Of a DNA stretch of 39,551 nt, positions 27,616-37,009 are shown in pieces. Numbering within the stretch: position 1 is the first letter of the stretch; every line of letters starts with the position of its first letter. A program made the translations under genes and the position numbers. The notes below the pieces were generated by a model. The model had not been told where the DNA came from and did no database searches. It saw nothing but the letters and a program-made list of their open reading frames with translations. Source of the stretch: Escherichia phage C5; the sequence record NC_048079.1; one strand, written 5' to 3'.

Positions 27616-29865
27616 ATGAGCAAGATTGAATCTGCCCTTCAAGCCGCACAGCCGGGACTCTCTCGGTTACGTAGTGGCGCTGGTGGTATGGGCTACAGGG
27701 CAGCCTCAACGCAAGCTGAGCAACCTAAGTCCAGCCTATTGGACACCATTGGTCGGTTCGCTAAGGCCGGAGCCGATATGTATACCGCTAAGGAACAACG
27801 TGCTCGTGACCTAGCAGATGAACGCTCTAACGAGATTATCCGTAAGTTGACTCCTGAGCAACGCCGAGAGGCTCTCAACAACGGGACCCTTCTGTATCAG
27901 GATGACCCATACGCTATGGAGGCACTACGAGTCAAGACTGGTCGTAACGCTGCGTACCTTGTTGACGACGACGTTATGCAGAAGGTAAAAGAGGGTGTCT
28001 TCCGTACTCGTGAAGAGATGGAAGAGTATCGCCATAGTCGTCTCCAAGAGGGCGCTAAGGCATACGCTGAGCAGTTCGGTATTGACCCTGAGGACGTTGA
28101 CTATCAGCGTGGTTTCAACGGGGACATCACTGAGCGTAACATCTCGCTGTACGGTGCACACGATAACTTCTTGAGCCAGCAAGCTCAGAAGGGTGCTGTG
28201 ATAAACAGTAGGGTTGAACTCAATGGTGTTCTTCAAGACCCTGACATGCTGCGTCGTCCAGACTCTGCTGACTTCTTTGAGAGCTATATCTCAAATGGCT
28301 TAGTTACTGGGGCTATACCAAGTGACGCTCAGGCTACACAGTTAATCAGTCAAGCGTTTAGCGATGCATCCAATCGTGCTGGTGGCGCTGACTTCTTGAT
28401 GCGTGTTGGAGACAAGAAGGTAACACTAAACGGGGCAACAACTACTTACCGAGAGTTGATGGGTGAGGAGCAATGGAACGCCTTGATGGTGACTGCGCAA
28501 CGGTCACAATACGATAACGACGCTAAGCTGAACGAGAAGTTTCAACTTGACGTGAACTCTGCGTTGTTCGTTGACGACCCTCGGATTGGGTGGGAGAAGA
28601 TTCAGGGAATCAAGGCTGAACTGGATAAGCGACAGCCAGATGAGCAGATGACTCCACAACGTGCTGCGCTCATAGAGGCCCAGAAGCAACTCCGCGCTAG
28701 GATGGTAGAGTGGACCAAGAACGAGGCCAAAGCTCTTGATGAGGCCCAGAAGACTGACAATAAGTTCAAGGTCATTGACGCTCAGTATCAGAAGCGTATC
28801 AACGGTGAGTGGGTCTCAACGGACTTTAAGGACATGCCTACAAACGAGAACACTGGAGAGTTCAAGCATAGCGATATGGTTAACTACGCTAACAAGAAGC
28901 TGGCTGACATAGATGCTATGGACATCCCAGAAGGAGCCAAAGATAAACTCAAGCTGAAATACTTACAGTCAGACTCTAAGGACGGCCCATTCAGAACTGC
29001 AATAGGCACAATGGTGCAGGATGCCGCTCAGGAGTGGTCTTCTTCTGTACTGAACGGTAAGCTGGCAGCGAATACTCCAGCGATGGACGCCTTACGTAAA
29101 ATCCGTAATGCAGACCCATATCTGATTGCGGCTCTGTACCCTGACCAAGCGGAGTTGTTCTTAACGATGGACTTAGCAGACCGCCAAGGGGTTGACGTGC
29201 AGGAGTTGATTGATGCTGACCGTCAGATTGCCACTCGTTCCAAAGAGCAACGCTTCGAGGACGATAGAGCCTTCGAGCAAGCACTTAACGACTCTGCTGT
29301 TCCTGAGATAGCGAACATGCCTACGGAACTCAGAGGGCTTGCCCGTAAGATTTACGACTCGGTTAAGTACAGAACTAACAACACCGATATGGCTATGACT
29401 GAGATGCAGAAGTTCCTTAAAGAATCCACAACGACCTTTGATGATGATAGTGACGACGATGCGGGAGTTATCGGGGTAATCCCACGGAACTACCTACAAG
29501 TAACCGATGACCCTAACTCTTGGAAGCAGGGCAAGGATATCATCGACGCTGCCCGTAAGGGAATCATTGCGGCTAACCCTAGCATGGCCTCTGAGAAAAT
29601 GACTGTATCGGTAATCGGGAAGTCTATTTACATTATGCCTACTACGGGAACTGGCCCACGAGTCCGTTACGACAAAGAGTTACTGACCAAGGTCTGGAAG
29701 GGAACACAGGAGCGTCTCGCCGAGGAAGCTCGTAATAAAGCTCTTGAGGAGGCCAATAAGCGAGCACCTATAGTTGCCGCTAAGAAAGCCCGTGAGGAAG
29801 GCGCTAAACGTGTCCAAGAGAAACGTAAGAAGACTCCTAAGTTTATCTACGGACGTAAAGAGTAA
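27616..29865 (+). CDS. 15: Gene 15 internal virion protein C
   Basis: 749 aa MSKIESALQAAQPGLSRLRSGAGGMGYRAASTQAEQPKSSLLDTIGRFAKAGADMYTAKEQRARDLADERSNEIIRKL... Confidence 0.96.
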   Translation: MSKIESALQAAQPGLSRLRSGAGGMGYRAASTQAEQPKSSLLDTIGRFAKAGADMYTAKEQRARDLADERSNEIIRKLTPEQRREALNNGTLLYQDDPYAMEALRVKTGRNAAYLVDDDVMQKVKEGVFRTREEMEEYRHSRLQEGAKAYAEQFGIDPEDVDYQRGFNGDITERNISLYGAHDNFLSQQAQKGAVINSRVELNGVLQDPDMLRRPDSADFFESYISNGLVTGAIPSDAQATQLISQAFSDASNRAGGADFLMRVGDKKVTLNGATTTYRELMGEEQWNALMVTAQRSQYDNDAKLNEKFQLDVNSALFVDDPRIGWEKIQGIKAELDKRQPDEQMTPQRAALIEAQKQLRARMVEWTKNEAKALDEAQKTDNKFKVIDAQYQKRINGEWVSTDFKDMPTNENTGEFKHSDMVNYANKKLADIDAMDIPEGAKDKLKLKYLQSDSKDGPFRTAIGTMVQDAAQEWSSSVLNGKLAANTPAMDALRKIRNADPYLIAALYPDQAELFLTMDLADRQGVDVQELIDADRQIATRSKEQRFEDDRAFEQALNDSAVPEIANMPTELRGLARKIYDSVKYRTNNTDMAMTEMQKFLKESTTTFDDDSDDDAGVIGVIPRNYLQVTDDPNSWKQGKDIIDAARKGIIAANPSMASEKMTVSVIGKSIYIMPTTGTGPRVRYDKELLTKVWKGTQERLAEEARNKALEEANKRAPIVAAKKAREEGAKRVQEKRKKTPKFIYGRKE

Positions 29866-29890
29866 TTAAAGGCTACATAAGGAGGCCCAA

Positions 29891-32800
29891 ATGGATAAGT
29901 ACGATAAGAACGTACCAAGTGAGTATGATGGTCTGTTCCAGAAGGCGGCTGATGCCACAGGGGTCTCTTATGACCTTTTACGTAAAGTCGCTTGGACAGA
30001 ATCACGGTTTCAACCAACAGCCAAATCTAAGACTGGACCACTGGGTATGATGCAGTTCACCAAGGCTACGGCTAAGGCTATGGGACTGCGTGTTACAGAT
30101 GGACCAGATGATGACCGACTGAATCCTGAGTTGGCTATCAACGCTGCGGCTAAACACCTTTCAGAATTGGTAGGTAAGTTTGATGGTGATGAACTCAAAG
30201 CTGCCCTTGCGTATAACCAAGGCGAGGGGCGCTTGGGCAACCCACAACTTGAGGCGTACTCAAAGGGTGACTTTTCGGCAATATCTGAGGAGGGGCGTAA
30301 CTACATGCGTAACCTTCTGGATGTAGCCAAGTCTCCTATGAGTGGTCAATTAGAGGCGTTCGGCGGCATCACGCCAAAGGGGAAAGGTATTCCTGCTGAG
30401 ATTGGATTAGGGGACATTAAGGGAAAGCGTAAAGTTACAGACGTTATCCCTGAGTCAACTGGATTAGACATTAAAGGTATCGAACAGGAGGCTCCAGCGA
30501 AATCCTTCGCGACTGACTTTTGGGACTACCACAAGCAGGAACTCTCTGAGTACGAAGACCGTTCAACCTTCTTCGGATTCAAAGATGCTGCAAGTGCAGA
30601 ACTTGATAACTCCGTCCTCGGTATGGCTTATCGGGCTGCTAGCCTTGATAACGGTTTCGATGTGTTTGTGGACACCATTACGCCGACACGTTGGAACTCT
30701 ACTGTCTGGACTCCTGAGGAACTCGAAAGGATTCGTACAGAAGTGAAGAACCCTGAGTACATAAATGTGGTGACTGGCGGTTCCCCTGAGAACCTTGATG
30801 AGTTAATCCGACTGGCTAACGAGAACTACGAGAACGACCTACGGAAGTCAGAAGCTGGCCTTGGTGCTCAACTTAGCGCTGGTGTTATTGGTGCAGCGTT
30901 TGACCCACTGTCATATGTGCCTATGGTTGGTGTTACCGGAAAGGGCTTTAAGTTGGTCAATAAGGCTATGCGTGTAGGCGCACAAAGCGCTGCACTCAAC
31001 ATTGCGTCTGAGGGTCTCCGCACTTCTATCGCTGGCGGGGAAGCTGATTACGCTAACGCTGCTCTAAGTGGCTTCGTGTTTGGCGCTGGGATGTCGGCTA
31101 TCACAGATGCGGTAGGAGCGAAGCTATTCCGTAAGAACCCTGAGGCAGACTTCGCTAACGACTTCGCGGAATCTATGATGCGACTCGAAGCGCGTGAGAC
31201 TGCCCGTAACGCTAACTCTACTGACTTATCACGCATGAACGTCGAGGGTCGAGAGTTCAAAGGAGACTACAACGGTGTTCCCTATGACGAACTTGAGGAT
31301 GGCTCCGTGGTTCTTCACGATGGTTCTATCCTTAGTGACACCAATCCGGTGAACCCTAAGACACTTAGCGACTTCGCGGAGGTTGACCCTGAGAAGGCCG
31401 CATGGGGCGTGAAACTTGGTGGCCTAACCGAGATTGGCCTCAAGACCTTGGGGTCTGATAGCGCTGAGATTCGAGGACTGGCTGCTGATATGGTGCGGTC
31501 TCCGACTGGTATGGAATCAGGCGCCTCCGGTAAGTTTGGGTCTACTACCTCGGATATCTTTGAGCGATTACGTGCCAACGATAACCGTACCTACAATGAA
31601 CTGCATGTAGCAATGAAGGCTGCAATGAAAGACCCTGAGTATTCCACTGGGGCATATAAAATGTCAGCCGAAGAAGTTCGCTACTCAATCTACCGTAAGG
31701 CTGCAATGGCTATCGAACGTCCTGAACTTCAAGCTGCCCTGACGAAGCATGAGCGAACCGTGATGGACATCATGAAGCGACACTTCGACACCAAGCGAGA
31801 ACTTCTGGAGAATCCAGCCATCTTCGGTAATAACCGTGCTGTGAGTATATTCCCTGAAAGTCGTCACAAAGGTACTTACGTTCCTCATGTGTACGATAGG
31901 GCTGCCAAGATGCTTATGGTACAGAGATACGGAGCGGAAGGACTGCAAGAAGGTATCGCTCGGTCTTGGCTAGCTAGTTACACTTCTCGTGCGGAAGTTA
32001 AGGCCCGTGTTGACGAGATGCTTAAAGAGCTACATCAAGTGGACGAAGTAACGATGGACATGGTGGAGAAGTATGCCCGTGATAAGGCTTACGGTATCTC
32101 CCATTCTGACCAGTTCACCAATAGCTCTGTCATTGAGGAGAACATTGAGGGGTTGGTGGGTATTGAGAACAACTCATTCCTTGAGGCACGTAACCTATTC
32201 GACTCAGACATTCCGGTGGCTATGCCAGACGGTCAGATGTTCTCTGTGAACGACCTGAGGGACTTCGATATGTTCCGAGTAATGCCAGCCTATGACCGAC
32301 GTATCAACGGAGACATCTCCATTATGGGTTCCACTGGTAAAACCACTAAGGAACTCAAGGACGAAATTCTGGCTCTCAAGGTCAAATTCAAGGGAGACGG
32401 TAAGAAGCTCGCCGAGGTAAACGCTCTGGCTGACGTTGTTAAGATTGTTACTGGTCGTGCCCGTAGGAATCAAGACACCGCACTGGAGACTTCCCTACGA
32501 GCCATTACGGACTTAGGGTTCTTCTCTAAGAACGCCTACATGGGCGCTCAGAACATCACGGAGATTTCAGGTATGATTGTCAAAGGTAATGTTCGTGCTC
32601 TGGGTCACGGTATTCCATACCTGAGAGATGTACTCTACAGGAACAAGCCTGTATCTGCTGGTGAACTCAAGGAGATTCACTCTGCGCTGTTCGGTAAGGA
32701 GATTGACCAGTTGATTCGACCTAAACGCGCCGACATAGTACAACGCCTGAGGGAGTCTACGGACACAGGGACAATAGTTGCAAACGTTGTTGGTACGTTG

Positions 32801-33844
32801 AAGTACGGTACACAAGAGTTGGCTGCACGTTCCCCGTGGACTAAACTACTTAATGGTACTTCCAACTACATCCTAGATGCTGCCCGTCAAGGTCTCCTTG
32901 GGGACATCATAGGGTCTGCTCTGTCCGGTAAGGCCACTAAGTGGGAGAAGGCTGGTTTCCTTAAAGGAGCCTCCATTACTCCAGAACAGATGGCTGGGAT
33001 TAAGTCTCTCATTAAGGAACATATGGTTCGAGGTGAAGACGGTAAGTTCTCCGTTAAGGACAAGCAAGCGTTCGCTATGGATGCTCGTGCTATGGACTTA
33101 TGGAGGCTTGCTGACAAAGTTGCTGATGAAGCTCTGCTGCGACCACATAAGGTTTCCTTACAGGACTCCAAGGCATTTGGTGCTGCTGCTCGACTGGCCC
33201 TACAGTTCAAGACCTTCACGATTCGTTCGCTGAACTCTAAGTTCATTCGTTCGTTCTACGAAGCGTATAAGAACAACAGGGCTATCGACATGGCACTCTC
33301 TGGTATCATCTCAATGGGCCTTGCTGGTAGCTTCTACGCGATGGCTGTCCACGCTAAGGCCGCTGGTATGCCTAAGGAGAAACGGAAAGAGTACCTCAAG
33401 GCTGCTCTCAATCCAACCATGATAGCGCACGCTTCGCTGTCCCGTAGCTCGATTCTTGGTGCTCCGCTCTCAATGGTAGACCTTATCGGTGGTGCTTTTG
33501 GTGTGGAATCCTCCAAGATGGCCCGTTCGTCAATCCTTCCTAAGGACACATCTAGAGAACGTGACCCGAACAAACCGTACAACCGATATGAGGTTCTTGG
33601 CGGTTTCTCTAACGTTCTTGAACAGGTTCCTGCGGCTGGTTACGTAGCAAGTGTGTCCACTGCGGCACTGAATGCTGCTGGTGTACTCAATGCCCCTAAC
33701 AAAGCTACTGAGCAGGACTTCATGACTGGCCTGATGAACTCCACCAAAGACCTTGTGCCTAACGACCCGTTAACCCAACAGTTGACGATTCAAATCTATA
33801 GGGAACTTGGGGTGAACCTTCGGGATAAACCTAAACCTCAGTAA
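29891..33844 (+). CDS. 16: Gene 16 internal virion protein D with N-terminal lytic transglycosylase domain
   Basis: 1317 aa MDKYDKNVPSEYDGLFQKAADATGVSYDLLRKVAWTESRFQPTAKSKTGPLGMMQFTKATAKAMG... (soluble lytic transglycosylase-like motif). Confidence 0.97.
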   Translation: MDKYDKNVPSEYDGLFQKAADATGVSYDLLRKVAWTESRFQPTAKSKTGPLGMMQFTKATAKAMGLRVTDGPDDDRLNPELAINAAAKHLSELVGKFDGDELKAALAYNQGEGRLGNPQLEAYSKGDFSAISEEGRNYMRNLLDVAKSPMSGQLEAFGGITPKGKGIPAEIGLGDIKGKRKVTDVIPESTGLDIKGIEQEAPAKSFATDFWDYHKQELSEYEDRSTFFGFKDAASAELDNSVLGMAYRAASLDNGFDVFVDTITPTRWNSTVWTPEELERIRTEVKNPEYINVVTGGSPENLDELIRLANENYENDLRKSEAGLGAQLSAGVIGAAFDPLSYVPMVGVTGKGFKLVNKAMRVGAQSAALNIASEGLRTSIAGGEADYANAALSGFVFGAGMSAITDAVGAKLFRKNPEADFANDFAESMMRLEARETARNANSTDLSRMNVEGREFKGDYNGVPYDELEDGSVVLHDGSILSDTNPVNPKTLSDFAEVDPEKAAWGVKLGGLTEIGLKTLGSDSAEIRGLAADMVRSPTGMESGASGKFGSTTSDIFERLRANDNRTYNELHVAMKAAMKDPEYSTGAYKMSAEEVRYSIYRKAAMAIERPELQAALTKHERTVMDIMKRHFDTKRELLENPAIFGNNRAVSIFPESRHKGTYVPHVYDRAAKMLMVQRYGAEGLQEGIARSWLASYTSRAEVKARVDEMLKELHQVDEVTMDMVEKYARDKAYGISHSDQFTNSSVIEENIEGLVGIENNSFLEARNLFDSDIPVAMPDGQMFSVNDLRDFDMFRVMPAYDRRINGDISIMGSTGKTTKELKDEILALKVKFKGDGKKLAEVNALADVVKIVTGRARRNQDTALETSLRAITDLGFFSKNAYMGAQNITEISGMIVKGNVRALGHGIPYLRDVLYRNKPVSAGELKEIHSALFGKEIDQLIRPKRADIVQRLRESTDTGTIVANVVGTLKYGTQELAARSPWTKLLNGTSNYILDAARQGLLGDIIGSALSGKATKWEKAGFLKGASITPEQMAGIKSLIKEHMVRGEDGKFSVKDKQAFAMDARAMDLWRLADKVADEALLRPHKVSLQDSKAFGAAARLALQFKTFTIRSLNSKFIRSFYEAYKNNRAIDMALSGIISMGLAGSFYAMAVHAKAAGMPKEKRKEYLKAALNPTMIAHASLSRSSILGAPLSMVDLIGGAFGVESSKMARSSILPKDTSRERDPNKPYNRYEVLGGFSNVLEQVPAAGYVASVSTAALNAAGVLNAPNKATEQDFMTGLMNSTKDLVPNDPLTQQLTIQIYRELGVNLRDKPKPQ

Positions 33845-33864
33845 TACGACTCACTATAGGGAGA
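33842..33864 (+). promoter_or_regulatory. T7 RNAP promoter phi17
   Basis: taatacgactcactatagggaga; overlaps the gene 16 stop. Confidence 0.9.
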
Positions 33865-33912
33865 GGGGTATCTTCTCCCTGTAGACTTTTAGATTTACTT
33901 TAAGGAGGTCAA

Positions 33913-35577
33913 ATGGCTAACGTAATTAAAACCGTTTTGACTTACCCGTTAGATGGCTCCAATCGTGATTTTAATATCCCGTTTGAGTATCTAGCCCGTA
34001 AGTTCGTAGTGGTAACTCTTATTGGTGTAGACCGTAAGGTCCTCACGATTAATACAGACTATCGCTTTGCTACACGTACTACCATCTCTCTGACCAAGGC
34101 TTGGGGTCCAGCCGATGGCTACACGACCATCGAGTTGCGTCGAGTAACCTCCACGACCGACCGATTGGTTGACTTTACGGACGGCTCAATCCTCCGTGCG
34201 TATGACCTTAACGTCGCTCGGCTTCAAACGATGCACGTAGCGGAAGAGGCTCGTGACCTAACTGCGGATACTATTGGTGTCAACAACGATGGTCACTTGG
34301 ATGCCCGTGGTCGTCGAATCGTTAACCTAGCAAACGCTGTGGATGACCGTGATGCTGTTCCACTTGGTCAACTTAAGACCATGAACCAGAACTCATGGCA
34401 AGCACGTAATGAAGCCTTACAGTTCCGTAATGAGGCTGAGACTTTCAGAAACCAAGCGGAAGGCTTTAAGAACGAGTCTGGTACCAACGCTGCTAATACG
34501 AAGCAGTGGCGCGATGAGACTAATGGGTTCCGTAATGAGGCTGAACAGTTCAAGAATACTGCTGGTCAATATGCGACATCTGCTGGGAACTCTGCTACTG
34601 CTGCACACCAATCTGAGGTAAACGCTGGAAACTCAGCTACGGCCTCAGCGGATTCTGCGGCTTCTTCAAAACAGCAAGCAGACCGAGCGAAGCAGGAAGC
34701 AGACAAGCTGGGAAACTGGAACGCCCTTGCTGGTACTGTAGATAGCGTTCAGGGTGATAGTGTATTCTGGAAAGGAGGAGGCTATTGGGTTGGAGGTCCC
34801 ATATACCAACTACAAACGAACCACGCGTTTAGGTTCCGTATGGGTCTTTGGGAAGAAGGCGACTTCCTTAAGTCTGACTTCGCTATGGACCGACCGGACG
34901 GTATAGGGTTCATAGAGTATGCAGCGGACAAGACTGGGCAACATCGTCACCAGATTCGACTTAATCAGTTAACAATAGCTGGCGGTGTGTTAGAGTCAGA
35001 TGCTGATGATCTCATAGCTCACGCTTTCGCTGACCAGTATAACACTAAAGCTCCTTTCTTCCAACAGATTCATGTACAGTCTACAAGCTCATATCACCCA
35101 ATAATAAAGCAACGAACTCACCAATCTGGACGGTGGGCAGGATGCTGGTCTATCGGTACATTACTGACTGGTACGTCTCCGTCATTCCACGTACATATGA
35201 AAGACGAATGGGCAGGTGATAAACTTTGGACGTTCAATACCAATGGAGACTTCCGCGTCCCTGGGGAGATTTGGGCCGATGGTGGACGTGTGGTTGTACG
35301 GAATGGCTCTTTTGACCCTGAGGGTAGAATTTGGGGTACTGCGTATAATACCGGATACCTTGATGATTGGATTAGGGCTAACTGGCCCGGCGATGTTTAT
35401 TGGGGGCCTCAACGCTGGGTACAAAAGTGGGGAGGTTATGCAGACATAGTTGCTGGTGCTGGGGAAGCCTGCTCTGGTGTAACCGCTGATGGTAGCGGTA
35501 ACGTTGCGGGTGCATTCTTCCGAGCGCTTTGGCTTGGATATCACAACGGTAATAAACGATTGGTTGCTTCCCAATAA
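33913..35577 (+). CDS. 17: Gene 17 tail fibre protein with a non-T7 distal (receptor-binding) half
   Basis: 554 aa; residues 1 to about 280 (MANVIKTVLTYPLDGSNRDFNIPFEYLARKFVVVTLIGVDRKV... through the coiled-coil NEAETFRNQAEGFKNE...) match T7 gp17; from about GNWNALAGTVDSVQGDSVFWKGGGYWVGGPIY... to the C-terminus the sequence is unrelated to T7 and is Gly/Trp-rich with HRH and HVH motifs. Confidence 0.95.
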   Translation: MANVIKTVLTYPLDGSNRDFNIPFEYLARKFVVVTLIGVDRKVLTINTDYRFATRTTISLTKAWGPADGYTTIELRRVTSTTDRLVDFTDGSILRAYDLNVARLQTMHVAEEARDLTADTIGVNNDGHLDARGRRIVNLANAVDDRDAVPLGQLKTMNQNSWQARNEALQFRNEAETFRNQAEGFKNESGTNAANTKQWRDETNGFRNEAEQFKNTAGQYATSAGNSATAAHQSEVNAGNSATASADSAASSKQQADRAKQEADKLGNWNALAGTVDSVQGDSVFWKGGGYWVGGPIYQLQTNHAFRFRMGLWEEGDFLKSDFAMDRPDGIGFIEYAADKTGQHRHQIRLNQLTIAGGVLESDADDLIAHAFADQYNTKAPFFQQIHVQSTSSYHPIIKQRTHQSGRWAGCWSIGTLLTGTSPSFHVHMKDEWAGDKLWTFNTNGDFRVPGEIWADGGRVVVRNGSFDPEGRIWGTAYNTGYLDDWIRANWPGDVYWGPQRWVQKWGGYADIVAGAGEACSGVTADGSGNVAGAFFRALWLGYHNGNKRLVASQ

Positions 35578-35586
35578 GGAGACATT

Positions 35587-35970
35587 ATGCGTAAATTTAC
35601 TAACTGGACATACGAAGTAACTACCGCTTACGGCGGTATCGCCACTTATGACGTGACGGACTCTTGTGGGACCGATTGGTATGAACTCATGGTTGAACTT
35701 GAGGACCGACCTGAGAGATGGGTCGTCGGTATCGATAAGAACGGATTCATCTCATGGTTCTCCGATGGTACTGTTAACGGCACTTATGCGCCACCTGAGG
35801 GCGGTCTGGTGATTGTCACCGATGAGTTCGACCCTGAGTGGCAACGTGTTAAACTTTGGAACGGGGAGTCCTTCGAGGATATCCCTGAGCCACCTAAACG
35901 TACACCTGAGGAAATCCAAGCAGACCTTGAGGCTCTGATGGTTGAACTTCGTGCGCTTAGGGAGGGATAA
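35587..35970 (+). CDS. Hypothetical 127-aa protein immediately after the tail fibre gene; candidate tail fibre assembly chaperone
   Basis: RBS aaggaga overlapping the gp17 stop, ATG 6 nt later; MRKFTNWTYEVTTAYGGIATYDVTDSCGTDWYELMVELEDRPERWVVGIDKNGFISWFSDGTVNGTYAPPEGGLVIVTDEFDPEWQRVKLWNGESFEDIPEPPKRTPEEIQADLEALMVELRALREG; no T7 gene at this position; the W-NG-W/F stretch and acidic C-terminus loosely resemble Tfa-type chaperones. Confidence 0.8.
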   Translation: MRKFTNWTYEVTTAYGGIATYDVTDSCGTDWYELMVELEDRPERWVVGIDKNGFISWFSDGTVNGTYAPPEGGLVIVTDEFDPEWQRVKLWNGESFEDIPEPPKRTPEEIQADLEALMVELRALREG

Positions 35971-35984
35971 TGGAGGTAAACTGA

Positions 35985-36188
35985 ATGTTGTCTTTAGATT
36001 TCAACAACGAAATCGTAAAGGCGGCTCCGATTGTAGGGACGGGTGTGGCTGATGGTGCAGCCCGTCTCTTCTTTGGATTGTCGCTAAACGAATGGTTCTA
36101 CGTTGCCGCTATCGCCTACACAGTGGTTCAGATTGGTGCCAAGGTAGTCGATAAGATGATTGACTGGAAGAGAGCCAATAAGGAGTGA
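35985..36188 (+). CDS. 17.5: Gene 17.5 holin
   Basis: 67 aa MLSLDFNNEIVKAAPIVGTGVADGAARLFFGLSLNEWFYVAAIAYTVVQIGAKVVDKMIDWKRANKE; one transmembrane segment. Confidence 0.9.
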   Translation: MLSLDFNNEIVKAAPIVGTGVADGAARLFFGLSLNEWFYVAAIAYTVVQIGAKVVDKMIDWKRANKE

Positions 36189-36193
36189 TACAT

Positions 36194-36463
36194 ATGGAAA
36201 AGGATAAGAGCCTTATTACATTCTTAGAGATGTTGGACACTGCGATGGCTCAGCGTATGCTTGCTGATTTATCCAATGATGAGCGTCGGACTCCGCAACT
36301 CTATAATGCTATTAACAAACTGTTAGACCGACACAAGTTCCAGATTGGTAAGTTGCAGCCGGATGTTCACATCTTGGGCGGCCTTGCTGGTGCTCTTGAA
36401 GAGTACAAAGAGAAAGTCGGTGATAACGGTCTTACGGATGACGATATTTACACATTACAGTGA
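36194..36463 (+). CDS. 18: Gene 18 terminase small subunit
   Basis: 89 aa MEKDKSLITFLEMLDTAMAQRMLADLSNDERRTPQLYNAINKLLDRHKFQIGKLQPDVHILGGLAGALEEYKEKVGDNGLTDDDIYTLQ; RBS aaggag. Confidence 0.93.
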   Translation: MEKDKSLITFLEMLDTAMAQRMLADLSNDERRTPQLYNAINKLLDRHKFQIGKLQPDVHILGGLAGALEEYKEKVGDNGLTDDDIYTLQ

Positions 36464-36505
36464 TATGCTCAAGGCCACTACATATAGTGGTCTTTATGGA
36501 TGTCA
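36464..36505 (+). promoter_or_regulatory. RNase III processing hairpin (R18.5-like)
   Basis: tatgctcaaggccactacatatagtggtctttatggatgtc. Confidence 0.5.
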
Positions 36506-36556
36506 TTGTCTATACGAGATGCTCCTACGTGAAATCTGAAATTAACGGGAGGCATT

Positions 36557-37000
36557 ATGCTGCAATTTTTACGTAAGCTGGTCCCTTGGGTTCTCGCTGG
36601 GGTGCTATTCGGATTAGGATGGCATCTAGGGTCGGACTCAACGGACGCTAAATGGAAACAGGAGGTACACAATGAGTACGTTAAGAGAGTTGAGGCTACG
36701 GCGAGCACTCAAAGAGCAATCAATGAAATATCGGCTAAGTATCAAGAAGACCTTGCCGCGCTGGAAGGGAGCACTGATAGGATTATTTCTGATTTGCGTA
36801 GCGACAATAAGCGGCTGCGTGTCAGAGTCAAAACTACCGGAGCCTCCGATGGTCAGTGTGGATTCGAGCCTGATGGTCGAGCCGAACTTGACGACCGAGA
36901 TGCTAAGCGTATTCTCGCAGTGACCCAGAAGGGTGACGCATGGATTCGTGCGTTACAGGATACTATTCGTGAACTGCAACGTAAGCAGGAAATCAAGTAA
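36557..37000 (+). CDS. 18.5: Gene 18.5 inner-membrane spanin (Rz-like)
   Basis: 147 aa MLQFLRKLVPWVLAGVLFGLGWHLGSDSTDAKWKQEVHNEYVKRVEATASTQRAINEISAKYQEDLAALEG...; N-terminal transmembrane helix and coiled coil. Confidence 0.93.
   Translation: MLQFLRKLVPWVLAGVLFGLGWHLGSDSTDAKWKQEVHNEYVKRVEATASTQRAINEISAKYQEDLAALEGSTDRIISDLRSDNKRLRVRVKTTGASDGQCGFEPDGRAELDDRDAKRILAVTQKGDAWIRALQDTIRELQRKQEIK
36672..36923 (+). CDS. 18.7: Gene 18.7 outer-membrane lipoprotein spanin (Rz1-like), embedded in 18.5 in another frame
   Basis: 83 aa; lipobox ATISGC in ...GALIGLFLICVATISGCVSESKLPEPPMVSVDSSLMVEPNLTTEMLSVFSQ; proline-rich. Confidence 0.8.
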   Translation: MSTLRELRLRRALKEQSMKYRLSIKKTLPRWKGALIGLFLICVATISGCVSESKLPEPPMVSVDSSLMVEPNLTTEMLSVFSQ

Positions 37001-37009
37001 GGAGGCAAT

